Origin: Candidatus Cryptobacteroides sp.
GTDB taxonomy: Bacteria; Bacteroidota; Bacteroidia; Bacteroidales; UBA932
Length of the DNA stretch: 64,000 bases
Reading direction: 5' to 3'
NCBI GenBank assembly: GCA_051869975.1
Contig: JBJEBK010000061.1
Span: forward strand, 36,461-100,460
The translations under genes were made by a program, and so were the position numbers. Positions 45,701 through 52,716 of the stretch are shown here, in pieces. Within the stretch, counting starts at the first letter, position 1. Every line of letters starts with the position of its first letter. Below the pieces are notes generated by a model. The model worked only from the letters and a program-made list of their open reading frames with translations. It was not told the DNA's origin and ran no database searches.

Positions 45701-46216
45701 CCCAAGCTTGTCAAGGGCATATATCGCCGCCTTCACATTGAGGGCGTCGAAGCAGGTCTCGACCAGAATCAGGTCCACCCCGCCTTCTGCAAGGGCTCCG
45801 ATCTGTTCGGAATATATGTCCACGAGTGCGTCGAAGTCGTATTTCCTGAAGGCCGGGTCATTGACATCAGAAGCGAGGGAAAGGGACTTTCCGGTTGGGC
45901 CGACGCTGCCTGCAACGAGCACCTCGCGCCCGGCCCCGTCGGCAGCCCTTCGGGCGATACGGGCGGCCTCAAGGGCCATAGTGCGCGCCTTGTCCTGCAG
46001 GCCATATTCCTCCTGGCTTATGCGGTTGGCGCTGAAGCTGTTGGTCTCGATGATATCGGCTCCCGCCTTGATATATGCCTCGTGGACCGCCTGAACTGCG
46101 TCGGGTTCCGTGAGGTTAAGGGTCTCGAAATTGGAAGCACCGGGGAAGCGTGCCTGAAGCACAGTTCCCATAGCTCCGTCGAGCATAAGAATGCGGTCAG
46201 TGCAGTCTAGAAGCAT
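42755..46216 (-). CDS. metH: cobalamin-dependent methionine synthase
   Basis: 1153 aa with an Hcy-binding N-terminus (LDGAMGT, NAGLPN), a pterin-binding domain, the B12 motif GDVHDIGKNI, and a C-terminal AdoMet activation domain. Confidence 0.9.
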   Translation of the reverse strand: MLLDCTDRILMLDGAMGTVLQARFPGASNFETLNLTEPDAVQAVHEAYIKAGADIIETNSFSANRISQEEYGLQDKARTMALEAARIARRAADGAGREVLVAGSVGPTGKSLSLASDVNDPAFRKYDFDALVDIYSEQIGALAEGGVDLILVETCFDALNVKAAIYALDKLGLDLPLAVSVSVSDRSGRTLTGQTIEAFYHSVEHGRLWAFGLNCSLGAQELTPLVEELAGFADCRVLCYPNAGLPNEMGEYDQTPEQMAAQMRDMASKGILNIAGGCCGTTPRHIAAIARELSACKVRELPPSAGNVLTLSGLETVYIDKQHSNFTNVGERTNVAGSRKFARLIAAGQYDEALQIAAGQIEGGASIIDVNMDDAMLDSALQMRTFLRHISGDPAVAKAALMVDSSDWETVLQGLKNAQGKCIVNSISLKEGEEVFLMKAKEIRRLGAAMIVMAFDEQGQATDYARKIQICERAYRLLTVKAGVAPRDIIFDVNVLSVGTGIEEHRRYGVDFIEAVRWIKANLPGARTSGGISNLSFAFRGNNAVREAMHSAFLYHAIGAGLDMGIVNPGMLQVYSEIEPDMLEKVEDVILDRRADATEKLIAKAQEVMSAKSEDSAAVSAAADRLPAPARLSAALVKGNAATLREDVLECLQMLGSAVAVIEGPLMEGMQTVGDNFGAGRMFLPQVVKSAKIMRDAIDVLAPYMGEGSGSGSGAKPKFVIATVKGDVHDIGKNITAIVLSCNGFDVTDLGVMVPKEVILDKAAEIGADAIGVSGLITPSLFQMEELCREMSARGLSVPLFVGGATASAVHTAVKLAPLYEHVFYGPDASASAVMAKRYLMDPQGFEQEEHRKQEQIRLLAKTARQDPEVQSRVEFHQDSYLHGFEPKSIPLSELPLAQVLDYFDWRMFFATWGVKEDAALKEDALRLLDKLGSENSLSIRVAAQFYNACRNGDDIVLQNGRRLPMLRQRVGEGLSLADFVDAAAPTPFGVFAASVHTCGTLGASRRVRAARCRCSQCEADYEPMLLRSIKVTLAEAVSSWIDAQIEGQLAEAGIEGMKIVKPAAGYSSCPDHTMKKDIMELIPGSDALGIEFTESYAMIPDASICGFVFIHPSACYPEIRNVSREQLDDYARRRGLDGEQCRRFLGHMLQDE

Positions 46217-47121
46217 TCCCTGAGAACTCCTATGATGTTGTCAGACTTGCCCATAGTATAGAAATGCACTGCCGGAACTCCGTGTGCCAGAAGGTCTTTG
46301 GTCTGCATTGTAGCCCACTCCTGTCCTATCCGGTAAACGGAATCCTTGTCCTGCGCGTGAGCCTCAATTTCGGCAGTGAGTTCGAGAGGGATATTGATAG
46401 AGAAGGATTCCGGAAGCAGATGGAGTTGTCTGCAGGTGGAAATCGGCTTGATTCCCGGGATGATAGGGACGGTGATTCCGGCTTTGCGTGCCAGGTCCAC
46501 GAAACGGTAGAAGTAAGCGTTGTCGAAGAACATCTGGGTTATGATGAAATCGGCTCCGGCGTCCACTTTGCGCTTGAGCATAGCGATGTCGGTCTCGATA
46601 TTCGGGGCTTCGAAATGCTTTTCCGGATAGGCTCCCACACCTATGCAGAGGCTGTCATCCTTGATGTCGGCAACCAGTTCGCTGGCATAACTGTAGCCGC
46701 CCGGTTCCGGGGTGAAACGCTTTTCCTGGACAAGACAGTCACCGCGCAGGGCCATCACATTCTCCACTCCGAGATAGCGGAAGTCGGACAGCTCATACTG
46801 TACCTGCTCCTTTGTCGCCCCCGCACAGATAAGATGGGGAACCACCTCAATCTTGAATTCATCCATAATGGAGGCGCATACCGCTGTCTGGCTGACTCGT
46901 CTGCGCTCCAGTTTGCGGAGGAAACTTCCGTCAGGCTGCTGCTGATAGATATATTCGTCGCGGTGGTTGGTGACATTGATGTATGGAGGGTTGAACTCCA
47001 TAAGCGGCCGTATGCTGTCCAGCAGTTCCGCCCTGCCGATGGACCTCTGCGGAGGAACCACCTCAAGGGAGATGAACTGCCTGCTGCCTGTAAGAATATC
47101 GCTGATTTTCATATCAGGCAA
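46207..47121 (-). CDS. metF: methylenetetrahydrofolate reductase
   Basis: 304 aa: FISLEVVPP, VPHLICAG, ALRGD, FIITQMFFD. 10-nt overlap with the metH start. Confidence 0.85.
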   Translation of the reverse strand: MPDMKISDILTGSRQFISLEVVPPQRSIGRAELLDSIRPLMEFNPPYINVTNHRDEYIYQQQPDGSFLRKLERRRVSQTAVCASIMDEFKIEVVPHLICAGATKEQVQYELSDFRYLGVENVMALRGDCLVQEKRFTPEPGGYSYASELVADIKDDSLCIGVGAYPEKHFEAPNIETDIAMLKRKVDAGADFIITQMFFDNAYFYRFVDLARKAGITVPIIPGIKPISTCRQLHLLPESFSINIPLELTAEIEAHAQDKDSVYRIGQEWATMQTKDLLAHGVPAVHFYTMGKSDNIIGVLRECF

Positions 47122-47479
47122 AAATAATCAAATCTTTGGGAATCTTCAACCGTCCCGGATGATTCCATCCGGCACGCGGGGGACTTGTTTATCCCCATAT
47201 GTCACATCAGGCGCTCCCCCGCAGTTGGTCCAAATCGCTTTGGTGAAACGCACTTCCTTCACCCTGTTGCGTTTGTCATTTTTTCACATAATTTGACAAT
47301 TAGTCAGTTAATTCTGAACAAGTTGTCATCTGGCCTGAGCTTTGCCATATATACTATCGAACACGCTGAAGCGGAGGTCCCGAAAGCCGGGAGCGCAAGC
47401 GCAAAGGCCGGGGGCGGAAGCAGCAGGTGGGTTCAAGACAGAAAGTTTAATTTGAAAAATAGAACAGGAGGTTTTAGTT

Positions 47480-47920
47480 ATGCTACCATCAATTTTCAAC
47501 GATTTCTTCAGGGATGATTATCTTGGAGTTCCGGTTAGACGCCAGTTTGCTACTCCGGCAGTCAACATCAAGGAGACAGACAAGCAGTACGATATCCAGG
47601 TTGCTGCTCCTGGTATGACCAAGGATGATTTTCATCTTAGCATCAACAGCGACAACGAGCTTGTGATTTCACTGGAGAAGAAGCAGGACAACTGCCCTGA
47701 GAAGTGCAATAAGGAAGAGAAGGAAGAGAAGGAAGAGAAGGCTACCTGGCTTCGCAGGGAGTTCTCCTATGTATCCTACAATCAGAATTTCATTATTCCG
47801 GATGACGTGGAAATCGAAAAGATTTCTGCAAAGATGGAACACGGAGTGCTCAGTATCCATCTGCCTAAGAAGGCTGAGGAGACCAAACTGCCGATATCCC
47901 GCAACATCGACATCCAGTAA
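47480..47920 (+). CDS. Hsp20/alpha-crystallin small heat-shock protein
   Basis: AVNIKETDKQYDIQVAAPGMTKDDF...ISAKMEHGVLSIHLPK, with an internal EEKEEKEEKEEK insert. AGGAGG lies 8 nt upstream of the ATG. Confidence 0.9.
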   Translation: MLPSIFNDFFRDDYLGVPVRRQFATPAVNIKETDKQYDIQVAAPGMTKDDFHLSINSDNELVISLEKKQDNCPEKCNKEEKEEKEEKATWLRREFSYVSYNQNFIIPDDVEIEKISAKMEHGVLSIHLPKKAEETKLPISRNIDIQ

Positions 47921-47928
47921 TCCTTTCG

Positions 47929-47957
47929 GAGGCGCCTGCACGGCGCCTCTTTTTTTT
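47929..47957 (+). terminator. rho-independent terminator after hsp20
   Basis: GAGGCGCC-tgcac-GGCGCCTC followed by tttttttt. Confidence 0.7.
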
Positions 47958-48002
47958 GTTCTCACCGTTCGCTTCCTTGAGTGCTCGACCTTGCTCGCGC
48001 CT

Positions 48003-48692
48003 TTATTCTGAAACAGGACGCACGGACTGACCGTAGTAGCGGTAGTCGTTGCCCCTGACCACAAAGTCCGAATAGAAGTACACGAGGAACGCAAGGTCAG
48101 GGCTGCCCGTATTGAGGGACGAAGACCAATAGCTGCCGTAGGACCCGACATCGTACAGGTCGTCGCTGCGCCGGTAGCCGGCAGCAGGTAGGAAAATGCT
48201 GTTGCCATTCGTTTTGCTTGCAACCATATATCCATCAATACCGTTAAGCGTTGTCCAGTTCCAAGTGCAATTCTTTCGTAGTTCCGTCCACTCCGCATCG
48301 GTTGGCATACGCCATTTTTCACCGAGATTGACTGTTGCAGCATCATCAGAGGCTTCGAGTGTGGTCTTATTGTCAACGGTTCCGTAGGACGATTTTGTAT
48401 TATATTTGGTCCATCCACTTGAATATGACGAACCGGTGTGATACGGACAATTATCCCAATCGAGGTAAATACTCGTATCTGATACATCCACAGTTCCTGC
48501 CCACTGGTAATATCCACCGTACTCCTCAGGCTTTGTAGCCCCCAGATTGCAATCCGCCCATTTGACGGACAGCCCTAGGTCAACGGCAACAGGCCCTCCT
48601 GCATTGTCAGGGTCCTGAGTGTCGTTCTTCTCTTTACAACAAGATACAAGCAGCATTGCTGCGGCCGCTGCAAGACATAATACTTTTTTCAT
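48003..48692 (-). CDS. lectin-like (Fibrobacter succinogenes major paralogous domain, FISUMP-type) lipoprotein
   Basis: Lipobox LLVSCC. Motifs: WADCNLGA, YGGYYQWAG, WRMPTDAEWTEL, FLPAAGYR, GSYGSYWSSS, GQSVRPV. Confidence 0.75.
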   Translation of the reverse strand: MKKVLCLAAAAAMLLVSCCKEKNDTQDPDNAGGPVAVDLGLSVKWADCNLGATKPEEYGGYYQWAGTVDVSDTSIYLDWDNCPYHTGSSYSSGWTKYNTKSSYGTVDNKTTLEASDDAATVNLGEKWRMPTDAEWTELRKNCTWNWTTLNGIDGYMVASKTNGNSIFLPAAGYRRSDDLYDVGSYGSYWSSSLNTGSPDLAFLVYFYSDFVVRGNDYRYYGQSVRPVSE

Positions 48693-48789
48693 AAGACAAA
48701 ACCGTTTTGATATACTATGTAAGAGTCATTCGTCATAGACGCACAAAGATATACACACTGGTAGAGATTTTCTGGAAGGACTAAAAGTA

Positions 48790-49002
48790 CTAATGAAGTT
48801 CCTGTTTTAGTAATTCGTAGATATATGCCGGACTGTTTGCAGTAAGGTCCGCAGTTTCATCCTGCAAAAGGTCATATACTCTTGATAAATAAACAATATT
48901 CAGCGCTTGCTCCAAAGAAATATGGCGGTCTTCAATTAGAAAAGCCGTCATTTGGTCTATGGCATAGTCTATCAGAAATTGTCTTTGTGTTTCTTCGCTC
49001 AT
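48790..49002 (-). CDS. small DUF3791-like protein
   Basis: 70-aa helical ORF in a visibly AT-rich stretch, paired with a second small ORF 71 nt upstream. The family call is from memory only. Confidence 0.45.
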   Translation of the reverse strand: MSEETQRQFLIDYAIDQMTAFLIEDRHISLEQALNIVYLSRVYDLLQDETADLTANSPAYIYELLKQELH

Positions 49003-49073
49003 ATCCGTTTCAAATACTTGAGAGCCTTTTCGGTTCCAAAATAGAACTGATTATTTAGTGCCGTGATACAGAA

Positions 49074-49298
49074 TCATGAGAGATACCCTCCATTATTCTG
49101 GCAAAATACAATCAAATCATCTACAGCATCCTCAATTGACTGCAGATGCTCGATTTCATAGAATTCAACCAAAAATCCAATACCCCGATACTTGCGAAGA
49201 TATTGATATGCTTCTTTCGTGCTGATAGCAAAACGGCGTCCAAATGCCCTGATGCAAGCATTTGTGTAAGGTATCTGATATTTGCTCATTTCAGCCAT
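49074..49298 (-). CDS. small DUF3791-like protein
   Basis: Start set at MAEMSKYQIPYTNACIRAFGRRF. The first 43 codons of ORF 49074..49427 are partly encoded by the repeat block at 49383-49430 and are not credible. 49299-49382 might be the tail of a truncated upstream partner gene. Confidence 0.45.
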   Translation of the reverse strand: MAEMSKYQIPYTNACIRAFGRRFAISTKEAYQYLRKYRGIGFLVEFYEIEHLQSIEDAVDDLIVFCQNNGGYLS

Positions 49299-49382
49299 AC
49301 CTGCAAATATAGCATTATTAACGGAATATCTTGCAAACTGAATTGATCCACTTATCACGATTATGCACTCCCAGCGGTTGTT

Positions 49383-49585
49383 CCAGAATGACGGTTTCGC
49401 CGTCCATTTTCTCTCTTCATCCATCACATCAGGAGAAAAATCGGCCTCCCACGCACTTTTCCCTCCTCATCCATTACATCAGGAAAACCACACCCTTCCC
49501 AAGCGCAAAAAAGACCCCCTCAAATTGCTCTGGCAGCCTTCCGGAGGCCGAAAGTGCAAAAATGAGGGGTCAAATTGCTTTTCAG
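49383..49585 (-). repeat. composite R1+R2 repeat block (right, inverted copy)
   Basis: Its reverse complement aligns with 40289-40442 and includes a fuller R2 copy (49418-49486). Confidence 0.8.
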
Positions 49586-49628
49586 TAGTTTTGAATTTCG
49601 TAAACACTGTTTACGATTTTTGAAACGC

Positions 49629-49657
49629 AATTCCCGGGAATGAAACAGCCGGGAATT
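49629..49657 (-). terminator. 9-bp palindromic hairpin after the last gene of the outer-membrane operon
   Basis: AATTCCCGG-11 nt-CCGGGAATT, 18 nt beyond the stop at 49675. A second hairpin, CGTAAAC-act-GTTTACG, lies at 49599-49615. Confidence 0.5.
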
Positions 49658-49674
49658 ACGAGCCGATGCCTGTG

Positions 49675-51123
49675 CTAGTTATTGCGTATGCAGCGGACGT
49701 ATGCGCCATTTTCGACAAAACTGAATGCGCAGTTTACACTGCTTTTGGTAGCATTGTTTGTAATCATTCCGCAGTAATTCTGAGTGCTACTTCTAGCGGT
49801 AGATGATTGGAAGTAACATATAGAACAATAACCGTAATACGACCTTGAAGAATCCTTGTTTAAATATGAACCAATATACGTAGTCCCCTTCGAAAGGTAT
49901 GGATATGGAATTAAATTCAACCCTGCTTCATTCAAAGTCTCAAGTGAAGCACCGGAAAGAGCCTGCTCATAGTAAGGTGCCTCAGTATTATTGTGTGCTG
50001 AAGCCGCACACCCGCCAACAAGATCAATCCATTCCTGGGCAGTAGGAATATGCCATCCGTCTGGGCAAATTCCCTGAATGTTGGAGTATTCAACAAAATC
50101 GCTGGCAGTGTCGATATTGGATTCCCCTAAAACAGCCTTAATATTGTATAGATATCCCTGCTTGATAATTACATCCTCAGCATCGCTTGGGGTTACTACT
50201 GCGGTATTCTCTTCTGAAATGGCAAATGTCGCAGGATACCAAATAGCTTCACTAGTTGTAGCCGCGTAGGAAGCCGCTAATGGTGTAACACTCATTCCAT
50301 CCGGCACATAATGCAGGTTTTCTGCCATCCATACTCTGCCGTCCTTCATCCTGACAGTCTTGTAGTCGTATTCTCCGTGGGTTACATAACTCTCGACACA
50401 CTTCAGAGCCTTGCTTCCGGTGCAGGTGGTGCCGTCAGTCTTGGCAACAATCACCTGAAGCAGAGCGCAATCGTTAGTAGCAGCTTCAGGAGCCTTGACT
50501 GTAACGTATGTGCAATCATTTGAGAGTTCATAATCCCAAGAAGATGCATAACTCTTGGTAACTATGCTTCCGTCAATCAGATTGGCTGTAACACTTGCAA
50601 CATTTTCAAGGGCAGGAATGCTTACAGGAACTGTAAATGTACCGGCAGTAAACTTGACATAAGGAGCCTCGGTATCACCGATAACAATCTTCACAGCTAT
50701 AGGCAGCACGAAGGTGGTCTGTGCCTCGTCGTTGAGCACGATTGTAACATACTCTGCAGTAACGGTCACGCTCTTGAAAAACGAATCGCCGTCCTTACCA
50801 TCGGCACCGTCCTTTCCGTCGGCACCCGGAGCACCATCGGCACCGTCCTTTCCGTCGGCACCCGGAGCACCGTCCTTACCGTTCACCAGCTCAATGCTCT
50901 TGCCGTTGGTAAACACAATCTTGTAGCCGTCCTCAAGCTCTTCAACCTTCTCTACGGCATACTTGCCGTCAACAGCTGCCTGAAGCTGTGAGATGGCAGC
51001 CTCGATTTGGGCTGTCTTGTCTTCGAGGGCGGAAACCCTGTCCTCGAGATCATTGACCTTCTGGCAGCCTGCTCCTAAAAGCACAAGGGCCAGACCCATT
51101 CCAATAACACTAAACTTTTTCAT
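49675..51123 (-). CDS. surface lipoprotein: coiled coil plus collagen-like G-X-Y tract (DUF4988-like) N-terminus and a FISUMP-type lectin-like C-terminus
   Basis: Lipobox LLGAGC, heptads LEDRVSALEDKTAQIEAAISQLQ, and GKDGAPGADGKDGADGAPGADGKDGADGKDGDS. C-terminus: CPDGWHIPTAQEWIDL ... GAYVRCIRNN. Confidence 0.75.
   Translation of the reverse strand: MKKFSVIGMGLALVLLGAGCQKVNDLEDRVSALEDKTAQIEAAISQLQAAVDGKYAVEKVEELEDGYKIVFTNGKSIELVNGKDGAPGADGKDGADGAPGADGKDGADGKDGDSFFKSVTVTAEYVTIVLNDEAQTTFVLPIAVKIVIGDTEAPYVKFTAGTFTVPVSIPALENVASVTANLIDGSIVTKSYASSWDYELSNDCTYVTVKAPEAATNDCALLQVIVAKTDGTTCTGSKALKCVESYVTHGEYDYKTVRMKDGRVWMAENLHYVPDGMSVTPLAASYAATTSEAIWYPATFAISEENTAVVTPSDAEDVIIKQGYLYNIKAVLGESNIDTASDFVEYSNIQGICPDGWHIPTAQEWIDLVGGCAASAHNNTEAPYYEQALSGASLETLNEAGLNLIPYPYLSKGTTYIGSYLNKDSSRSYYGYCSICYFQSSTARSSTQNYCGMITNNATKSSVNCAFSFVENGAYVRCIRNN
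50800..50871 (-). repeat. perfect 36-bp tandem duplication inside the collagen-like tract
   Basis: atcggcaccgtcctttccgtcggcacccggagcacc at 50800-50835 and 50836-50871. Confidence 0.9.
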
Positions 51124-51134
51124 AATATTTTGAT

Positions 51135-52712
51135 TTAAAGATTTTTAACACATCTGAGCTGCAATCCGTATGTGTAGTTGGCATAAGCCAGAGTTAACCT
51201 TCCCAGAGGATATGCAGCAGTTGTAAATGTAGTCATTCCTGCGAACATCTGATATGTTCCATTGGAAGAAATTGCATTTGCCGTGGAAGCCATAAGGTAG
51301 GTCATAGCAGGCTTTCCGTAGAATTCTTCCTCCGTGCAATTTGAGGCAGAGCAATTGAGAATATTGTATTTCCCGTTTGCAACAGCTCCGCTCTGCACAA
51401 AATTGAACCCCAATTCATTAGCCTTAGGCACAGTTGCATAATTGACGGAAGAATCCCAAAACAGGGCCCCGTCGTCGGTTTTCGGGCCAGTCTCTCCGGC
51501 TCCGGTATTCTTGTTAGAGTAGCCGAACAGCTCGAAATACTCCGAACGTGAAGGCACGTGCCAGCCCTTTGGACAAATGCCCTGGGCGTATTCGAAAGTA
51601 TTGTAATTCTCATCTGTAAAGGCAGTCCCGAACACAGCCTCGTAACTGTAGAGATAGCCGAGAGCCTTGATTGACTCCTCGTCGGTAAGGGCAGTGCCCG
51701 CAGTCCCGTCAGAAGAGTAAGGACACCAGATGCTGCCGGTCGCAGGGTCGGAAGATGCAGTCATCCCTTCAGGAAGATAGGCCATAGGCTCTGTCATCCA
51801 CTTCCTGCCGTTGAATTCGGCGGTAGTATAGTTCTTGCCGCGATACTTGATATAGCCTTCGAACTCCTCTGCCTCGCTTTCGTCGATTACACTTCCGATA
51901 AGCGTCCCGCCGTCTTCCCAGTTCTCTATTTCACCTGCGAAAGTGGCCTTGACCATATCGGGAAGTATTTCTATGCCAACCCCGTAGGTATAGCCGGAAA
52001 GCAGCTCGGCCTCTCCGGTTCCGGTAAGAAGGACAGCGCCCTCGACAGCAACGCTGATTTCGAAGGACCGCCTCTGAGGCGCAATGATTACCCTGTATTT
52101 ATGGCCCTCCTCAATGGTTTCAGCCTTGATGTCCACAGGCTCTGCACTCTCATCTGGAGCTATCGAAAGCGAACCGTTTTCCGCCTTGATCACTTTTACG
52201 GTTGGAAGCACCCCCTTGACGGTCACACCGCTAACCTTTGCTCCGGCCGGATTGTCGAGATTAATGACAATCTGCACCAGCTGGTGGCGGAATACGGTCA
52301 GCAGAGCATCCCCCTGCGGAAAGACATTCTCCTTGAAGGCAAACATCAGGTCTGAAGCTCCCGCACCGGCGCTCTGGTCTTCGGCAACACTGAAACTCTC
52401 CGGCACACCACCTTCACAGTAAGGGTAGTACGCCATAACGGTGCAACTCTGCCCTCCCTCGGCGTACCATTTGAGGGCAGAAGAGAATACCTTGTCCGAA
52501 TAGCTCAGGCAGGCATTGTCCGCGTGCAGGGTCCCGTCGGAACGGACTATGTCCAAACCAATCCTGTCCCCATCCTCGAAATTGGTTGAAGTTGCCTTCG
52601 AGATGATAGGCTCAAGCCTGATTACAGCCCCCTCGAAAGGCTCCTGGGGAGTCTGCCGGTTGCACGAAAGAAGTGCAAGGACAGCAAATATAAATAAAGC
52701 TCTTTTTCTCAT
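51135..52712 (-). CDS. surface lipoprotein: fimbrillin-like N-terminal domains fused to a FISUMP-type lectin-like C-terminus
   Basis: Lipobox LALLSC. N-terminus FEDGDRIGL..ASDLMFA..FRHQLVQIVINL resembles Bacteroidales minor-fimbrillin folds. C-terminus: CPKGWHVPSRSEYFEL ... GLQLRCVKNL. Confidence 0.7.
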   Translation of the reverse strand: MRKRALFIFAVLALLSCNRQTPQEPFEGAVIRLEPIISKATSTNFEDGDRIGLDIVRSDGTLHADNACLSYSDKVFSSALKWYAEGGQSCTVMAYYPYCEGGVPESFSVAEDQSAGAGASDLMFAFKENVFPQGDALLTVFRHQLVQIVINLDNPAGAKVSGVTVKGVLPTVKVIKAENGSLSIAPDESAEPVDIKAETIEEGHKYRVIIAPQRRSFEISVAVEGAVLLTGTGEAELLSGYTYGVGIEILPDMVKATFAGEIENWEDGGTLIGSVIDESEAEEFEGYIKYRGKNYTTAEFNGRKWMTEPMAYLPEGMTASSDPATGSIWCPYSSDGTAGTALTDEESIKALGYLYSYEAVFGTAFTDENYNTFEYAQGICPKGWHVPSRSEYFELFGYSNKNTGAGETGPKTDDGALFWDSSVNYATVPKANELGFNFVQSGAVANGKYNILNCSASNCTEEEFYGKPAMTYLMASTANAISSNGTYQMFAGMTTFTTAAYPLGRLTLAYANYTYGLQLRCVKNL

Positions 52713-52716
52713 ATTT

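Noticed and set aside
47122-47300. A SAM or SAH riboswitch upstream of metF.
   Set aside because: I see hairpins but cannot recognise any riboswitch consensus by eye. Part of the structure is a half copy of the dispersed R2 repeat. It is kept only as an Rfam-scan suggestion.
47355-47420. An SRP (4.5S) RNA gene, suggested by GGTCC ... GGAAGCAGC.
   Set aside because: In 4.5S RNA these elements flank a GGAA tetraloop within a few nt. Here they are about 36 nt apart, and no long closing helix is evident.
49299-49427. The N-terminal 43 codons of ORF 49074..49427.
   Set aside because: Codons for MMDEERKWTAKPSFWN come from the composite repeat also present at 40400-40442. The conserved-looking small protein starts at MAEMSKYQ (49298).
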